IMG/VR virus record: IMGVR_UViG_3300031920_000309
Reading direction: 5' to 3' (one strand)
Length of the DNA: 64,000 nucleotides
Origin: a virus
Shown: piece by piece, positions 1 through 9,306 of the stretch
How the letters are laid out: every line of letters starts with the position of its first letter
How positions within the stretch are numbered: the stretch's first letter is position 1
Program-made: the position numbers and the translations under genes
The notes under the pieces: generated by a model
The model's input: the letters and a program-made list of their open reading frames with translations, nothing else
Database searches by the model: none
What the model was told of the DNA's origin: nothing

Positions 1-32
1 CGGACTCCCTCTACCGCGAACATAATTTTTCA

Positions 33-87
33 GACGGGCCAAATTTCGCGCCCTGTCTTGGGTGAAGGGCGCGAAATTAGTCCCTTC
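33..87 (+). promoter_or_regulatory. Long imperfect hairpin upstream of ardA
   Basis: AATTTCGCGCCCT (42-54) is the exact reverse complement of AGGGCGCGAAATT (66-78); imperfect pairing extends to 33/87. Confidence 0.6.
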
Positions 88-98
88 TTAGGAGTTGA

Positions 99-701
99 TT
101 GTATATGATAAACAATGCTACGGATAGTACGGATAGTAATGTGTGCTCGTATTGTGGCTCTGTGGGTCAGATTGAGATGGAAGATTCAGACGAACCCAGA
201 ATATACGTAGCCTGTTTGGCCGCGTATGTCAATGGCAAGTTGTATGGGAAATGGATAGATGCGGACCAAGACCCGGATGACATTTTCAAAGAAATTAAGG
301 AAATGTTGAAAGAGTCTCCAGAACCAGACGCTGAAGAATGGGCAATCCACGACTACGAAGAGTTTGGTGGATTCGAACCCAAAGAACTAGAATCAATTGA
401 AGACGTGGCTGAGATGGCCCGTCTGACTGCTGAATTCGGCGAAGCGATTGGATTGTTCTATATGCATGACCAGTACGACCTAGACGACCTCGAAACGCGG
501 TTCGAAGACGCACACGAAGGCCACTGGGACAGTGAGGTAGAGTATGCCGAATATGTATTCGATGAGATGTACCTAAGCGACGTACCAGAGAATATCCAAT
601 GCTACATCGACTACGAATCGTTTGCAAACGACCTGTTTATGGACGACTGTTTTTCGTTAGATGCAGATGGCGGCGGAGTACACGTATTCCGAAACATTTA
701 G
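99..701 (+). CDS. ardA: ArdA antirestriction protein (DNA mimic inhibiting type I R-M)
   Basis: IYVACLAAYVNGKLYGKWIDA, EEWAIHDYE and YIDYESFANDL motifs; very acidic. Confidence 0.92.
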   Translation: MYMINNATDSTDSNVCSYCGSVGQIEMEDSDEPRIYVACLAAYVNGKLYGKWIDADQDPDDIFKEIKEMLKESPEPDAEEWAIHDYEEFGGFEPKELESIEDVAEMARLTAEFGEAIGLFYMHDQYDLDDLETRFEDAHEGHWDSEVEYAEYVFDEMYLSDVPENIQCYIDYESFANDLFMDDCFSLDADGGGVHVFRNI

Positions 702-709
702 GAGAGACA

Positions 710-1000
710 TATTACGAATATTACGTGTTCCTGGGACAAACCAGAGATACCGAACCAATCTAACAGAGCAACTTCGATGTGGGGTTGGACAGACTGGGTG
801 GAGAATCCGAAACCGTCATCGTGGCCAGAGCAAACCATTGGTTGTGTGGCTGGGTTGAAGTAATCCTAATACATGAATCCGACGGAGAACACATCGACAT
901 GGCCAATGATATGCTGGACGAATTGGATGAATATCCAGTACTCGATGATGACGACTTTGCGATGAGGGAAGACGAATTGGAGAGGAGGCAATGTGAATGA
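710..1000 (+). pseudogene. Broken conserved-looking viral hypothetical gene
   Basis: One frame reads YYEYYVFLGQTRDTEPI*QSNFDVGLDRLGGESETVIVARANHWLCGWVEVILIH with in-frame TAA at 761-763 and no start codon for the 5' part. Confidence 0.5.
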
Positions 1001-1155
1001 GATCAAGAGTATGTCGTCCATCGACGACGGCCCGAAAAACCTTGATGAAAGTATACCGACGAATCGATAAGAGAAACCCCGACAATTGCTATCTCGTAGA
1101 CCGAGATACCGGAGAAATAAAGACATCCACGCATCCACCGAAGAGGGTGATATAA

Positions 1156-1461
1156 ATGACCGCGATATTTGACCTGGAAAAATTGGCAACAGCATTGGAC
1201 AATGCCGAAGAGCACGACGACATGGACGGAGCCATCGTTCGTCGGGTCTATTTAGGCACCGTGTTTGAGCTTCTACCGTCTGGCAAGTACTACATGCCGT
1301 ATGCTTGTAGCAATGTCACAGAAAAAGAAGCGATGGAAGACGAACGATGGTACGAACAAGCCGAATCCGAACTCGACCAGATCAACGCATACATGGAATC
1401 TGGTGAAGGAGATCCGTGTGATCTGTTTGCAACACGGCTCGTCCGGGAAGCAGACGAATGA
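1156..1461 (+). CDS. Hypothetical acidic protein
   Basis: ORF with GGTGA RBS in an operon. Confidence 0.7.
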   Translation: MTAIFDLEKLATALDNAEEHDDMDGAIVRRVYLGTVFELLPSGKYYMPYACSNVTEKEAMEDERWYEQAESELDQINAYMESGEGDPCDLFATRLVREADE

Positions 1462-1611
1462 AATCAAAAAAGACGAGTAACAAAAATCGGTATATGTCGG
1501 GTCGGTCACGGATAGTAAACGACAAAGCCAGATCGCTCAAAGGACGAGCAACTGCCGCTATCTGGTATTGGATGTTAGAGTCGGGAGCATGCCCTACATT
1601 GCACGAAGTAT

Positions 1612-1842
1612 ATGGAGAATAATATGAAAAATTACACACACGAAGACTATCAACTAGATCACGTGGAAAATCCATACGCAGATCGTCCGATCGAGTTTAC
1701 CATGTGGGTTCGCAAGATGCACGAACTCGATCGAATAACGACCAAACTAAATCGACTGTTGGCAGACCCGGATTGGGACGAAGACGAATACTGGGCACTG
1801 GAAAAGAAGTGTTCTGGATTATGTAGATCATTGGGGTTCTGA
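1612..1842 (+). CDS. Hypothetical protein
   Basis: ORF on the coding strand. Confidence 0.65.
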   Translation: MENNMKNYTHEDYQLDHVENPYADRPIEFTMWVRKMHELDRITTKLNRLLADPDWDEDEYWALEKKCSGLCRSLGF

Positions 1843-1843
1843 A

Positions 1844-1948
1844 ATGGATAACATTATTGACATGTTGTGGCAATCGGCAGTGACAATATGGATAGGGGTA
1901 GTGACAATATGGATAGTGGTAGTGTCATTGCAACTGTGGGTGATCTGA
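1844..1948 (+). CDS. 34-aa single-TM micro-protein encoded partly by a 21-bp tandem repeat
   Basis: MDNIIDMLWQSAVTIWIGVVTIWIVVVSLQLWVI; repeat AGTGACAATATGGATAG(G/T)GGT at 1879-1920. Confidence 0.5.
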   Translation: MDNIIDMLWQSAVTIWIGVVTIWIVVVSLQLWVI

Positions 1949-1975
1949 CATGAAACAAACGCACACGCGGGAGAA

Positions 1976-2290
1976 ATGGATATGACAAACCAACTCACCG
2001 ATTTTTCGCCGTTCCTGCCTGACGACAACGACGAAGAAAATATGGTAAGATTGTACACGACAAAAAACTGCACGAAATGCCCACAGGTTCGGGCATGGTT
2101 AGCAAAGAACGACGTCGAATACGACGAAGTGGACATGTCATCAGGGAAGTGGTTGGCAGATCTACGAATGTGTGGCGTATTCGTAATGTCAGCACCTGTG
2201 TTGTACATGGGTAACAGGTTTTACACACCAGACGAACTGTTCACAGACGGACAACTGCGAAATCTGGACCATTTGCTGAAGGAGGAATGA
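1976..2290 (+). CDS. Glutaredoxin/NrdH-like redoxin (true start probably later)
   Basis: VRLYTTKNCTKC (CxxC), VEYDEVDM, SAPVL cis-Pro motif. Confidence 0.85.
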   Translation: MDMTNQLTDFSPFLPDDNDEENMVRLYTTKNCTKCPQVRAWLAKNDVEYDEVDMSSGKWLADLRMCGVFVMSAPVLYMGNRFYTPDELFTDGQLRNLDHLLKEE

Positions 2291-2784
2291 AGATTACCAA
2301 ACAAAATTTCGAACGACAAATGGTCCACGCATTAAATAAATATTTTGAAGATAATGATGTTGATGCGATTGCGTACAGGTTCCCGCAATCAAGATTCAGA
2401 CCGCAACACATCGATATCATGGTGGACTCGAGTATTCACGACAATTATCTCGGCATAGAATGTAAGTCGGTCAAAAGAGCTGGGAACAGATCGTTGTCGA
2501 TACATGACCAATTCACCCGAAAAAGCGTCGGTGACCAGTTTATCACCGAGACCGAATACCTGAAATCGTCAGGGAGGCGAGGTTTTATCGCAGTGGAAAT
2601 CTGGGGGTCGGTAGGCAACTTATGTGGCGTGGTCCCATGGCACGACGCAATCAAACGGTTCTGTGACGATGATAGACCGTTCACACAGGAAGAGATCACG
2701 GGATATCCGGGACCCACCAGAAAAAACGGGAAATACGTGATAGAAGACTTCGCGGTCGTCTTCCCGCCCGACCGCAACATATAA
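2287..2784 (+). CDS. PD-(D/E)XK nuclease, archaeal Holliday junction resolvase-like
   Basis: NFERQMVHALN...HIDIMVDS...YLGIECKS motif. Confidence 0.8.
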   Translation: MKITKQNFERQMVHALNKYFEDNDVDAIAYRFPQSRFRPQHIDIMVDSSIHDNYLGIECKSVKRAGNRSLSIHDQFTRKSVGDQFITETEYLKSSGRRGFIAVEIWGSVGNLCGVVPWHDAIKRFCDDDRPFTQEEITGYPGPTRKNGKYVIEDFAVVFPPDRNI

Positions 2785-2824
2785 ATGTTATGACGGCCAT
2801 ATAGGACAATGGCGGTGAACCGCT

Positions 2825-2983
2825 GTGGATGACATACGAAAAATAAACGTGTACGTGTCAGTGGTTGCGAAAGAACTGCTGATCACGTACAAACGGGAGA
2901 ACGGATTCGCACGGCAAGACGACGCCTTGGATGCGTTAATATTGGACTGGGGCGAAATGAACAAACAACGAAACGGAGCGTGA
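2825..2983 (+). CDS. Small RHH-like protein (52 aa, not in ORF track)
   Basis: MDDIRKINVYVSVVAKELLITYKRENGFARQDDALDALILDW: strand-helix-helix pattern. Confidence 0.5.
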   Translation: MDDIRKINVYVSVVAKELLITYKRENGFARQDDALDALILDWGEMNKQRNGA

Positions 2984-2989
2984 TAAACG

Positions 2990-3136
2990 ATGAAGAAAGT
3001 AACAGTCGTATACCGAGATACAGATGTAGACCCAACCGAGACTATAAAATATGAAGCGGAAGCCGAAGACATCGACGCAGCAGTAGACATGCTAGAGACA
3101 GTTGCAAAAAAACTGCGCGGAGACCCCACATACTGA
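2990..3136 (+). CDS. Small hypothetical protein (48 aa)
   Basis: ATG ORF filling the operon gap. Confidence 0.5.
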   Translation: MKKVTVVYRDTDVDPTETIKYEAEAEDIDAAVDMLETVAKKLRGDPTY

Positions 3137-3181
3137 GACAGATATTCCGTTAAACCCAACGCAGGTAGGAGTGAGTAGTAT

Positions 3182-3382
3182 ATGAGCGAAGAAGAAGAAC
3201 TGGCCAAGTGGGGAAAAGCAGCGAGAAAAGCACGGATGAGCAAATGCCCATTCCAAAATTATCCGTGTGACTCGGGCTGTGCTTTGTTCTGTCGGACCGA
3301 CCTGTCCAACGACGATCCGGCAGGCGGGGTATGTGCCATTAAGATAATAGCACGACAGCTGGTGTATGCAGACAACGATTAA
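3182..3382 (+). CDS. Small Cys-rich protein
   Basis: CPF, CDSGC and C..C motifs. Confidence 0.6.
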   Translation: MSEEEELAKWGKAARKARMSKCPFQNYPCDSGCALFCRTDLSNDDPAGGVCAIKIIARQLVYADND

Positions 3383-3467
3383 AGTAGGAGGATTGATATG
3401 GCAGGAATGATTTGCCAGCGGATGAACGACAGCGACCAAATCCAGCGAGAATTGATACGGATGGCCA

Positions 3468-4514
3468 ATGACCGGTGATAGAATGACAGACAAAGAATTG
3501 TTAGATCGCGTGGAGGAATGGGCGAATGAGAAAAGCCTCAGCCCAAAACGAAAAGATGACATGATCCGGGCGGGAAACGAACACGGTATGGTGGGTTTCT
3601 GGATAGCGCACGACATGCCCGGTGGTTGGAGAGTTGACGGGTCTGGAGAACATGGTCCTATAATGTGCGATGCGATCATCGACATGTTGGGCAAAGAAGA
3701 TACCGCCGAACAGTCGGAAGAGGTTCTTGATAACATCATATGTGATGCAACCCCATGCGAGGGGGAGAAGATCTCACCGAAACGCGAAGGTAAAATGATT
3801 CCCGCGAAACCGCCCAAGAACACTGCGGTCGTGGTACCCGCCACGAAACAACCAACGCCGAAGAAGACCACCCCGTTACCAGCGAAGCAGAAACCAACAG
3901 AAACACGCAAACAACCCCCCGTGATCGGTGGAGCTACAGACCAACTGCAGTCCATCCAAGATAAGGCAGCTGTGCCATACAAAGTACGCGGGGGAAAAGA
4001 AGCACCGACCGCGGCACTTGCCATGCGTGCATTCAACGACGCGGGTGGATCGCTCGAAGAGCTTGTGCATGAACACACACCAGATTACGTCCGTGTGACG
4101 TACCGAGGAATGCTCGACGGAAGATCAATAGACGCCACACAATCGGTATTCAAGCTTGATTACTTGTGTACAAAAGCATGGCAGCTTGTGAATACCAGAA
4201 TAGACGACAACCCAACATTGATTTTGGGCGTTGACCCGGAAACCGGGTTGCCACAGATCAACCCAGACGCGAAAGTAAAGGTCAGGGTAAGCGTTGGCGG
4301 GAGTTCGCTACTCAAAACACGGCCCGCAATAGCTTGGTTTTGGATGGAGTTGTCGGCAGAATGGCTATTTGCCGTTCGGATACTACAGACCCAGGTGAAA
4401 TCGATAATTGCCCGGCAGTTGCTCAACAGGGACAGCAATCCACAGGAATGGCGAGAATCCCGTGAGATCGAACACGAGAATGCAGAAATTGACCAAGTGC
4501 AAAGAAAGAAGTGA
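3468..4514 (+). CDS. Hypothetical protein with Pro/Lys/Thr-rich linker
   Basis: 348-aa ORF; no motif recognised. Confidence 0.75.
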   Translation: MTGDRMTDKELLDRVEEWANEKSLSPKRKDDMIRAGNEHGMVGFWIAHDMPGGWRVDGSGEHGPIMCDAIIDMLGKEDTAEQSEEVLDNIICDATPCEGEKISPKREGKMIPAKPPKNTAVVVPATKQPTPKKTTPLPAKQKPTETRKQPPVIGGATDQLQSIQDKAAVPYKVRGGKEAPTAALAMRAFNDAGGSLEELVHEHTPDYVRVTYRGMLDGRSIDATQSVFKLDYLCTKAWQLVNTRIDDNPTLILGVDPETGLPQINPDAKVKVRVSVGGSSLLKTRPAIAWFWMELSAEWLFAVRILQTQVKSIIARQLLNRDSNPQEWRESREIEHENAEIDQVQRKK

Positions 4515-4693
4515 TTAGTATCATGAGAGTAATACTCGGACCACTCGCCATTGCGATCGGGAGTATCGCGACGGCGTGTGCGACATTGGTGGGCATCGGT
4601 GGAATGTATTCATCAAATGCATATGCGATTGTCTTTGGTGGTATTGGTTGCACGATTGGACTGCTAACAATTGACGCAGGAATACGAAGCTAA
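4511..4693 (+). CDS. Small two-TM membrane protein
   Basis: Two hydrophobic Gly/Ala-rich segments. Confidence 0.6.
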   Translation: MISIMRVILGPLAIAIGSIATACATLVGIGGMYSSNAYAIVFGGIGCTIGLLTIDAGIRS

Positions 4694-5240
4694 TGGAGGA
4701 AACATAATGGAACTAACGCCAGATGAATTTGATACCACTGTAATGAAAGAATTTGGGGAACTTGGCGAAGAAAACGATGAATTGGAACCGGGGCTCCACG
4801 AAAACAACGAATTGGAACCTGAATTCGACGAAACCGACACGCGTGTCCCCGAGCCAACCCCCTTTGGCTTCGTTAACCCGGCGCTCGTTGGTCCGGCACA
4901 GACCAACAACGCACAAACCACTGCCATGTCGTTCAGGATGACGATAGAACTGGACCTTGAACGAGCCATACTAGCAAAAGCAAATGCCGAAAAAGCACAG
5001 CGTCGGGCAAACAAGGCACTGGCAAAAGCCCAGGCAATATCAGTAACAATGGGCGGAGTCGACAAAAGCCTGGAAAAGGCAAAAATCGGGAAAAATGACT
5101 TCAACAGAAAACATGCTCTAACACTGCTCGCGGACAAAGAACAACAGTCAATGTTGGACGCAGAAGACGCGTTAACGGACGCAAAGGCCCTATATGAAAT
5201 TCACAACAACAGGGCGATAGATGCCGGATTGCTGAGATGA
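4671..5240 (+). CDS. Hypothetical protein, acidic N-terminus and coiled-coil C-terminus (start likely 4707)
   Basis: ORF with GGAGG RBS before the second ATG. Confidence 0.7.
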   Translation: MTQEYEANGGNIMELTPDEFDTTVMKEFGELGEENDELEPGLHENNELEPEFDETDTRVPEPTPFGFVNPALVGPAQTNNAQTTAMSFRMTIELDLERAILAKANAEKAQRRANKALAKAQAISVTMGGVDKSLEKAKIGKNDFNRKHALTLLADKEQQSMLDAEDALTDAKALYEIHNNRAIDAGLLR

Positions 5241-5334
5241 TGATTCATGGCAATAGGAGATAAAATAAACAAGTTGTTGGGCAGGCAGACCAAACAAGAA
5301 AAGGAACTTGTAGAGTTGTGTAAGTGGTGGAATA

Positions 5335-5520
5335 GTGGCAAAGAATACCCATTCAAAATATGGAGAGAATAAGCACATGATCGTCCAGATCACAGACGCG
5401 ACATACCAATGGCTACTCGAACGGTATGCCGCAGACGAAGACGAATATGATGGGGAACATACAAACACGTTAATAGGACGAGCACTTGACCACATCGACG
5501 AGCTTACAAAACGAAGGTGA
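5335..5520 (+). CDS. Small hypothetical protein, possibly RHH-like
   Basis: IVQITDATYQWLLE...LIGRALD pattern. Confidence 0.5.
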   Translation: MAKNTHSKYGENKHMIVQITDATYQWLLERYAADEDEYDGEHTNTLIGRALDHIDELTKRR

Positions 5521-5660
5521 TTGTATATGAAAACACAAATTGTGCTGAAATTCAACCCAATCGACGTAGGTCCAAACGAACTCGACATGGTCCTACGCGA
5601 TCTGACACTTGGATGGGTACGCGAGGACATGCGTCCGATGATAACAGAAGTGGTAGAGGT

Positions 5661-5777
5661 CCGGGGGGAGTAACCCCGGCACACACCAGAAAGTCTGGTG
5701 GTAGTTGGTTTCCCTCCTTTTCCAGTCGACCGCCAGTCCTGGCCATGTGTGCCGAAAGATGAACATGTGGAGGAGAA
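5661..5777 (+). promoter_or_regulatory. Structured intergenic RNA-like element with anti-SD sequence
   Basis: Stems 5677-5685/5746-5754, 5684-5690/5694-5700, 5661-5666/5674-5679; TTTCCCTCC (5709-5717) complementary to RBS GGAGGAGAA (5769-5777). Confidence 0.4.
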
Positions 5778-6011
5778 ATGAAATATTATGCAGAGGAAGA
5801 CGACGAATTTGTGTATCCTCTTTCTTATTTTAAAGAAATGATACGCGATGGCAAAGATCCGTTCGTACTGAACGAAATGAAACGAGCCGTGGGCAAGCAC
5901 ACGTCATATAATGGTAAAAGTGGAAAATGCTGGCATCTAGTAGCAAGGTTTTCCCCGACTGGAAAACAGATTTTGTTGTCCAGCACGGGTGTCAAGAGGT
6001 TATACTTGTGA
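5778..6011 (+). CDS. Hypothetical protein
   Basis: Strong RBS; GTGA overlap with the next gene. Confidence 0.6.
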   Translation: MKYYAEEDDEFVYPLSYFKEMIRDGKDPFVLNEMKRAVGKHTSYNGKSGKCWHLVARFSPTGKQILLSSTGVKRLYL

Positions 6012-7435
6012 CCAACAGAACGGAGTTCATAAATCACCCACTACTGAAAACAGACATGATCGAGAGACGTGACTATCAGGTCAATATCGCCGCAACCGCC
6101 ACCGAACACGACACGATGGTGGTCGTTGGAACAGGACTTGGTAAGTCACAAATTGCGATGTTGGTGATGTTGACGAGATTGGACAAGGGAAAAATCTTGG
6201 TATTGGCACCAACCAGACCACTGGTGGACCAACATTACAATTTAATAAAAAACACAATCGCCATAGAGGGCATCGCACGACTTGATGGTACTATCAAGCC
6301 AGGAGACCGAGCAATGATGTTCCGCAAGAGCCTGGTGGTAGTGAGCACCCCACAGACGATCAGGAACGACCTAATTAAACAGCGAATATCATTGGCCGAC
6401 GTCTCGCTGATCGTGTACGACGAATGTCACAGAGCGGTAGGCAATTATGCATATTGTGATATTGCTGCGTACTACACCGTGTACAACCCAGACAACGGCA
6501 GAAGTCTCGGGCTGACCGCGTCACCCGGACACACGACAAAAAAGTTACAGGAAGTGATGGAAAACTTACGATTGACAAAAGCCGAGGTGCGGACCGAAGA
6601 AAGCATCGATGTGGCACCATACATTCAAACCGTGCCGGTCGAGATCATACACACTGAACTAACACGATCCATGGAACTTGTACGTGGTATGCTGAGGAAC
6701 ATGTATAACCTGGCACTTGACGATCTGAACGTTCGTCATACTATTTCCAAGCAAGAACTATTGGCGATACAGAAGAAAGCCGCGATGCAAAAAACGTACC
6801 GAACGATGTCGATAACCGCAAGGGCGTTAAAACTGTCTCATGCGATTCTGCTTGCCGAAACACAGGGATTGAAACCACTCGGATCGTACGTACATAAAAT
6901 GTACAACGACGAAACAAAGGCAGCGGCACTCATCACATCACATCCAGACTGGGCCAGGATTAACAAAATGTGCACCGCACAGCCAGACTTCGATCCGAAG
7001 ATGAGAGAACTTGATATCATCTTCAGACAGTTCGATGGAAAAGCACTCGTGTTCTGTACGTACCGAGCGACCGTGGACTGGGTCACACACCATCTCAACG
7101 AAAAAGATATAAAAGCTGCTAGGTTCATTGGACAGAACAAAGGGCTGACACAGAAGGAACAAAAGAAAACAGTCCAAGAGTTCAAGGACGGCAAACACGA
7201 TGTACTCGTGTGTACATCGATCGGAGAAGAAGGTATTGATATTAGCCAGGTCGACTTGGTCGTGTTCTACGAACCGGTACCATCTGCAATACGATCGATT
7301 CAGCGAAAGGGACGGACGGGGAGAACACGAGCCGGGAAATGCGTGATACTTGTCACGAAAGATACGGCAGATGAAGTGATGCTGCGGGTAGCAGACAAGA
7401 AAATGGAGTCTATGAAAAAAGCACTCGGGGGATGA
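6008..7435 (+). CDS. hef: Hef/FANCM-like SF2 helicase, helicase domain only
   Basis: FINHPLLK..IERRDYQ N-terminus, GTGLGKS Walker A, YDECHRAVGNYAY, GLTASPG, GEEGIDI, QRKGRTGR; no C-terminal ERCC4 nuclease. Confidence 0.92.
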   Translation: MTNRTEFINHPLLKTDMIERRDYQVNIAATATEHDTMVVVGTGLGKSQIAMLVMLTRLDKGKILVLAPTRPLVDQHYNLIKNTIAIEGIARLDGTIKPGDRAMMFRKSLVVVSTPQTIRNDLIKQRISLADVSLIVYDECHRAVGNYAYCDIAAYYTVYNPDNGRSLGLTASPGHTTKKLQEVMENLRLTKAEVRTEESIDVAPYIQTVPVEIIHTELTRSMELVRGMLRNMYNLALDDLNVRHTISKQELLAIQKKAAMQKTYRTMSITARALKLSHAILLAETQGLKPLGSYVHKMYNDETKAAALITSHPDWARINKMCTAQPDFDPKMRELDIIFRQFDGKALVFCTYRATVDWVTHHLNEKDIKAARFIGQNKGLTQKEQKKTVQEFKDGKHDVLVCTSIGEEGIDISQVDLVVFYEPVPSAIRSIQRKGRTGRTRAGKCVILVTKDTADEVMLRVADKKMESMKKALGG

Positions 7436-7581
7436 TGACCAATGGGGACTGAAAAGTTATATGAATCCAAGTGTATAATACTAGTTCCAAAGCTCGGGAG
7501 ATATGTTGCACGTATTCTCCCGGTAGAAATCGAAGAACTTGCCCCACGCTGGCAGACCGTACGTATGACACATCATGAGAA

Positions 7582-8007
7582 ATGAAGGAGGAGGACATGA
7601 GAAACGAAGAACGGACGAGGGACACATTGTTATCAATCCACCCGAAATACGCGGAAGCAATATTGGCAGGAACAAAACGATACGAGTTCAGGAGAGTAAT
7701 ACCAGCACAGCCGGTCGATCGAATGTTCTTATATGCAACGTCACCGGTCGGCAAAGTCGTGGGATACTTTCGTCCGGGATTGATAGTCCATGCAACGACC
7801 GAAGACATCTGGAAAATGTGCCGGTCCGACGGAATGCTCACAAAAAACGAATTTCTCGGATATTTCCGGGAAGCACCCCGAAAATATGCAATAGAAATAC
7901 GAGAAACGTATGCATTTGTTCACGCAAAAGAACTCCCAAACAAAAACCCGCCCATGAACTTTAGGTATGTGTCGGAAGAAGAAGCAGAATACTTTGTAAG
8001 GACGTGA
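7582..8007 (+). CDS. ASCH domain protein
   Basis: LLSIHPKYAEAILAGTKRYEFRR and LYATSPVGKVVG motifs. Confidence 0.88.
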   Translation: MKEEDMRNEERTRDTLLSIHPKYAEAILAGTKRYEFRRVIPAQPVDRMFLYATSPVGKVVGYFRPGLIVHATTEDIWKMCRSDGMLTKNEFLGYFREAPRKYAIEIRETYAFVHAKELPNKNPPMNFRYVSEEEAEYFVRT

Positions 8008-8013
8008 TCGAGA

Positions 8014-8172
8014 ATGAGAACAGGAAGTTTATTGCCAAGATATATGTGCATAGAATGTGGTGCCACCTGGAAACAGGGGGGAACAACTCGCCCATGCCCG
8101 GGGTGTGGATGCATGAACAATTGCCACACAAAAACCGCTAACAGGCGGGTAATTCCGTATAGGAAAACATGA
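8014..8172 (+). CDS. Small zinc-finger protein (not in ORF track)
   Basis: CIEC...CPGC, 52 aa. Confidence 0.6.
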   Translation: MRTGSLLPRYMCIECGATWKQGGTTRPCPGCGCMNNCHTKTANRRVIPYRKT

Positions 8173-8477
8173 AACCAACACCATCCCCGAATGCAATGGT
8201 CTGGTCGTGTGGGATATTACCACACATGCCCAGCACAAAAGAAACCGCGATGACGGCACGCGAGATCGCGGCCGCGACTGGCCTTGTGTTTGACACGGCA
8301 GCATACAGCCCGGTGTACAAAGCACTCATTGCATTGGGAAAGGCAACATACTTGGGAACATTGCGGCGTACTCACGCAGCAAGCAAACAACGACCAGGGG
8401 ACGAATCAAAGTTTAATATGTGGTGGTTTGAAAGCAAGCGAGGAGATGAGAATGAGTATAATAAAGCGGATATTTAA
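8169..8477 (+). CDS. Winged-HTH-like protein
   Basis: MTAREIAAATGL...VYKALIAL. Confidence 0.55.
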   Translation: MKPTPSPNAMVWSCGILPHMPSTKETAMTAREIAAATGLVFDTAAYSPVYKALIALGKATYLGTLRRTHAASKQRPGDESKFNMWWFESKRGDENEYNKADI

Positions 8478-8703
8478 GAAGACCATATATATCCAGTGCT
8501 CTGTATGTGGGACCGGTATACAAGTGTCCGTACCACGGGGAGGCCATACCACGGCCCAGATCCGTTGCCCTTCGTGTCGTACGTGGATTGGGGTTTCTGT
8601 GGTCGATGGAGATTACTTTACATTCGAACGTGCAGCGACACAACCAGGCATAAACATGAGACGACGGCGGGAAAACCCGAGGACCGTCCGGGAGAGACAA
8701 TGA
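8452..8703 (+). CDS. Zinc-ribbon protein
   Basis: CSVC...CPSC. Confidence 0.65.
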   Translation: MSIIKRIFKKTIYIQCSVCGTGIQVSVPRGGHTTAQIRCPSCRTWIGVSVVDGDYFTFERAATQPGINMRRRRENPRTVRERQ

Positions 8704-8840
8704 ACCATTGGGACGTCGATGAATACCAACCGGAATGCCCGGAGTGTGATAGTATTTTACATTACTACTCTCACTCCGGATTACTACGTTGTGGTAAATG
8801 TGGTTGGAATGGCCAAACAATCGCGGAGAGGAGGAAATGA
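8700..8840 (+). CDS. Zinc-ribbon protein
   Basis: CPEC...CGKC. Confidence 0.65.
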   Translation: MNHWDVDEYQPECPECDSILHYYSHSGLLRCGKCGWNGQTIAERRK

Positions 8841-8983
8841 TTAAGACAATGCTAGACCGCGGACCCGAAATCTGTGACGACTGTGGGCAATTGGTATTCT
8901 ATATTTTATACACGGATATGTGGTTTTGCCCTGACTGTGGAGAGAACAACTTTTACGACGACGGGTCATGCCAGATGGTATGA
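8837..8983 (+). CDS. Zinc-ribbon protein
   Basis: CDDC...CPDC. Confidence 0.65.
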   Translation: MIKTMLDRGPEICDDCGQLVFYILYTDMWFCPDCGENNFYDDGSCQMV

Positions 8984-9000
8984 AAAAAAAGGCATTCCCG

Positions 9001-9306
9001 TCAGTCACATATTTTCTTTATTTTATCAAACTGACGACATAACGCACAGGCCGCCTCCACGTTGCACATCCTACCACCGGACTCTTCGGCAACGAGACCA
9101 AGCGTTTTCAGCGTGCTGATACATTCGTTGACGACATCAACCGCGAGCCCCGTCGTTTCCGCAATTTCGGGCACCGTGCTACACGACGACGTCGCGTAAT
9201 AAACTCTTTGAACATCGTTTGCAGTTGCTCTGCCACCGGCCCCATCGACCGCTGTTTCTATCTTACCAACATCGATGTCGGCCCCTTCAATCGGAATCCA
9301 CATCAT
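9001..9306 (-). CDS. HTH protein with Cys-rich tail; paralog of 23127-23690
   Basis: STVPEIAETTGLAVDVVNECISTLKTLGLV wHTH; start inferred at ATG 9306. Confidence 0.7.
   Translation of the reverse strand: MMWIPIEGADIDVGKIETAVDGAGGRATANDVQRVYYATSSCSTVPEIAETTGLAVDVVNECISTLKTLGLVAEESGGRMCNVEAACALCRQFDKIKKICD

Noticed and set aside
699-701. Pyrrolysine read-through of the ardA TAG
   Set aside because: The read-through frame is not the frame of the downstream relic and gives no recognisable protein
4770-4835. 30-bp in-frame repeat (ENDELEP/ENNELEP)
   Set aside because: Ordinary low-complexity expansion in an acidic linker
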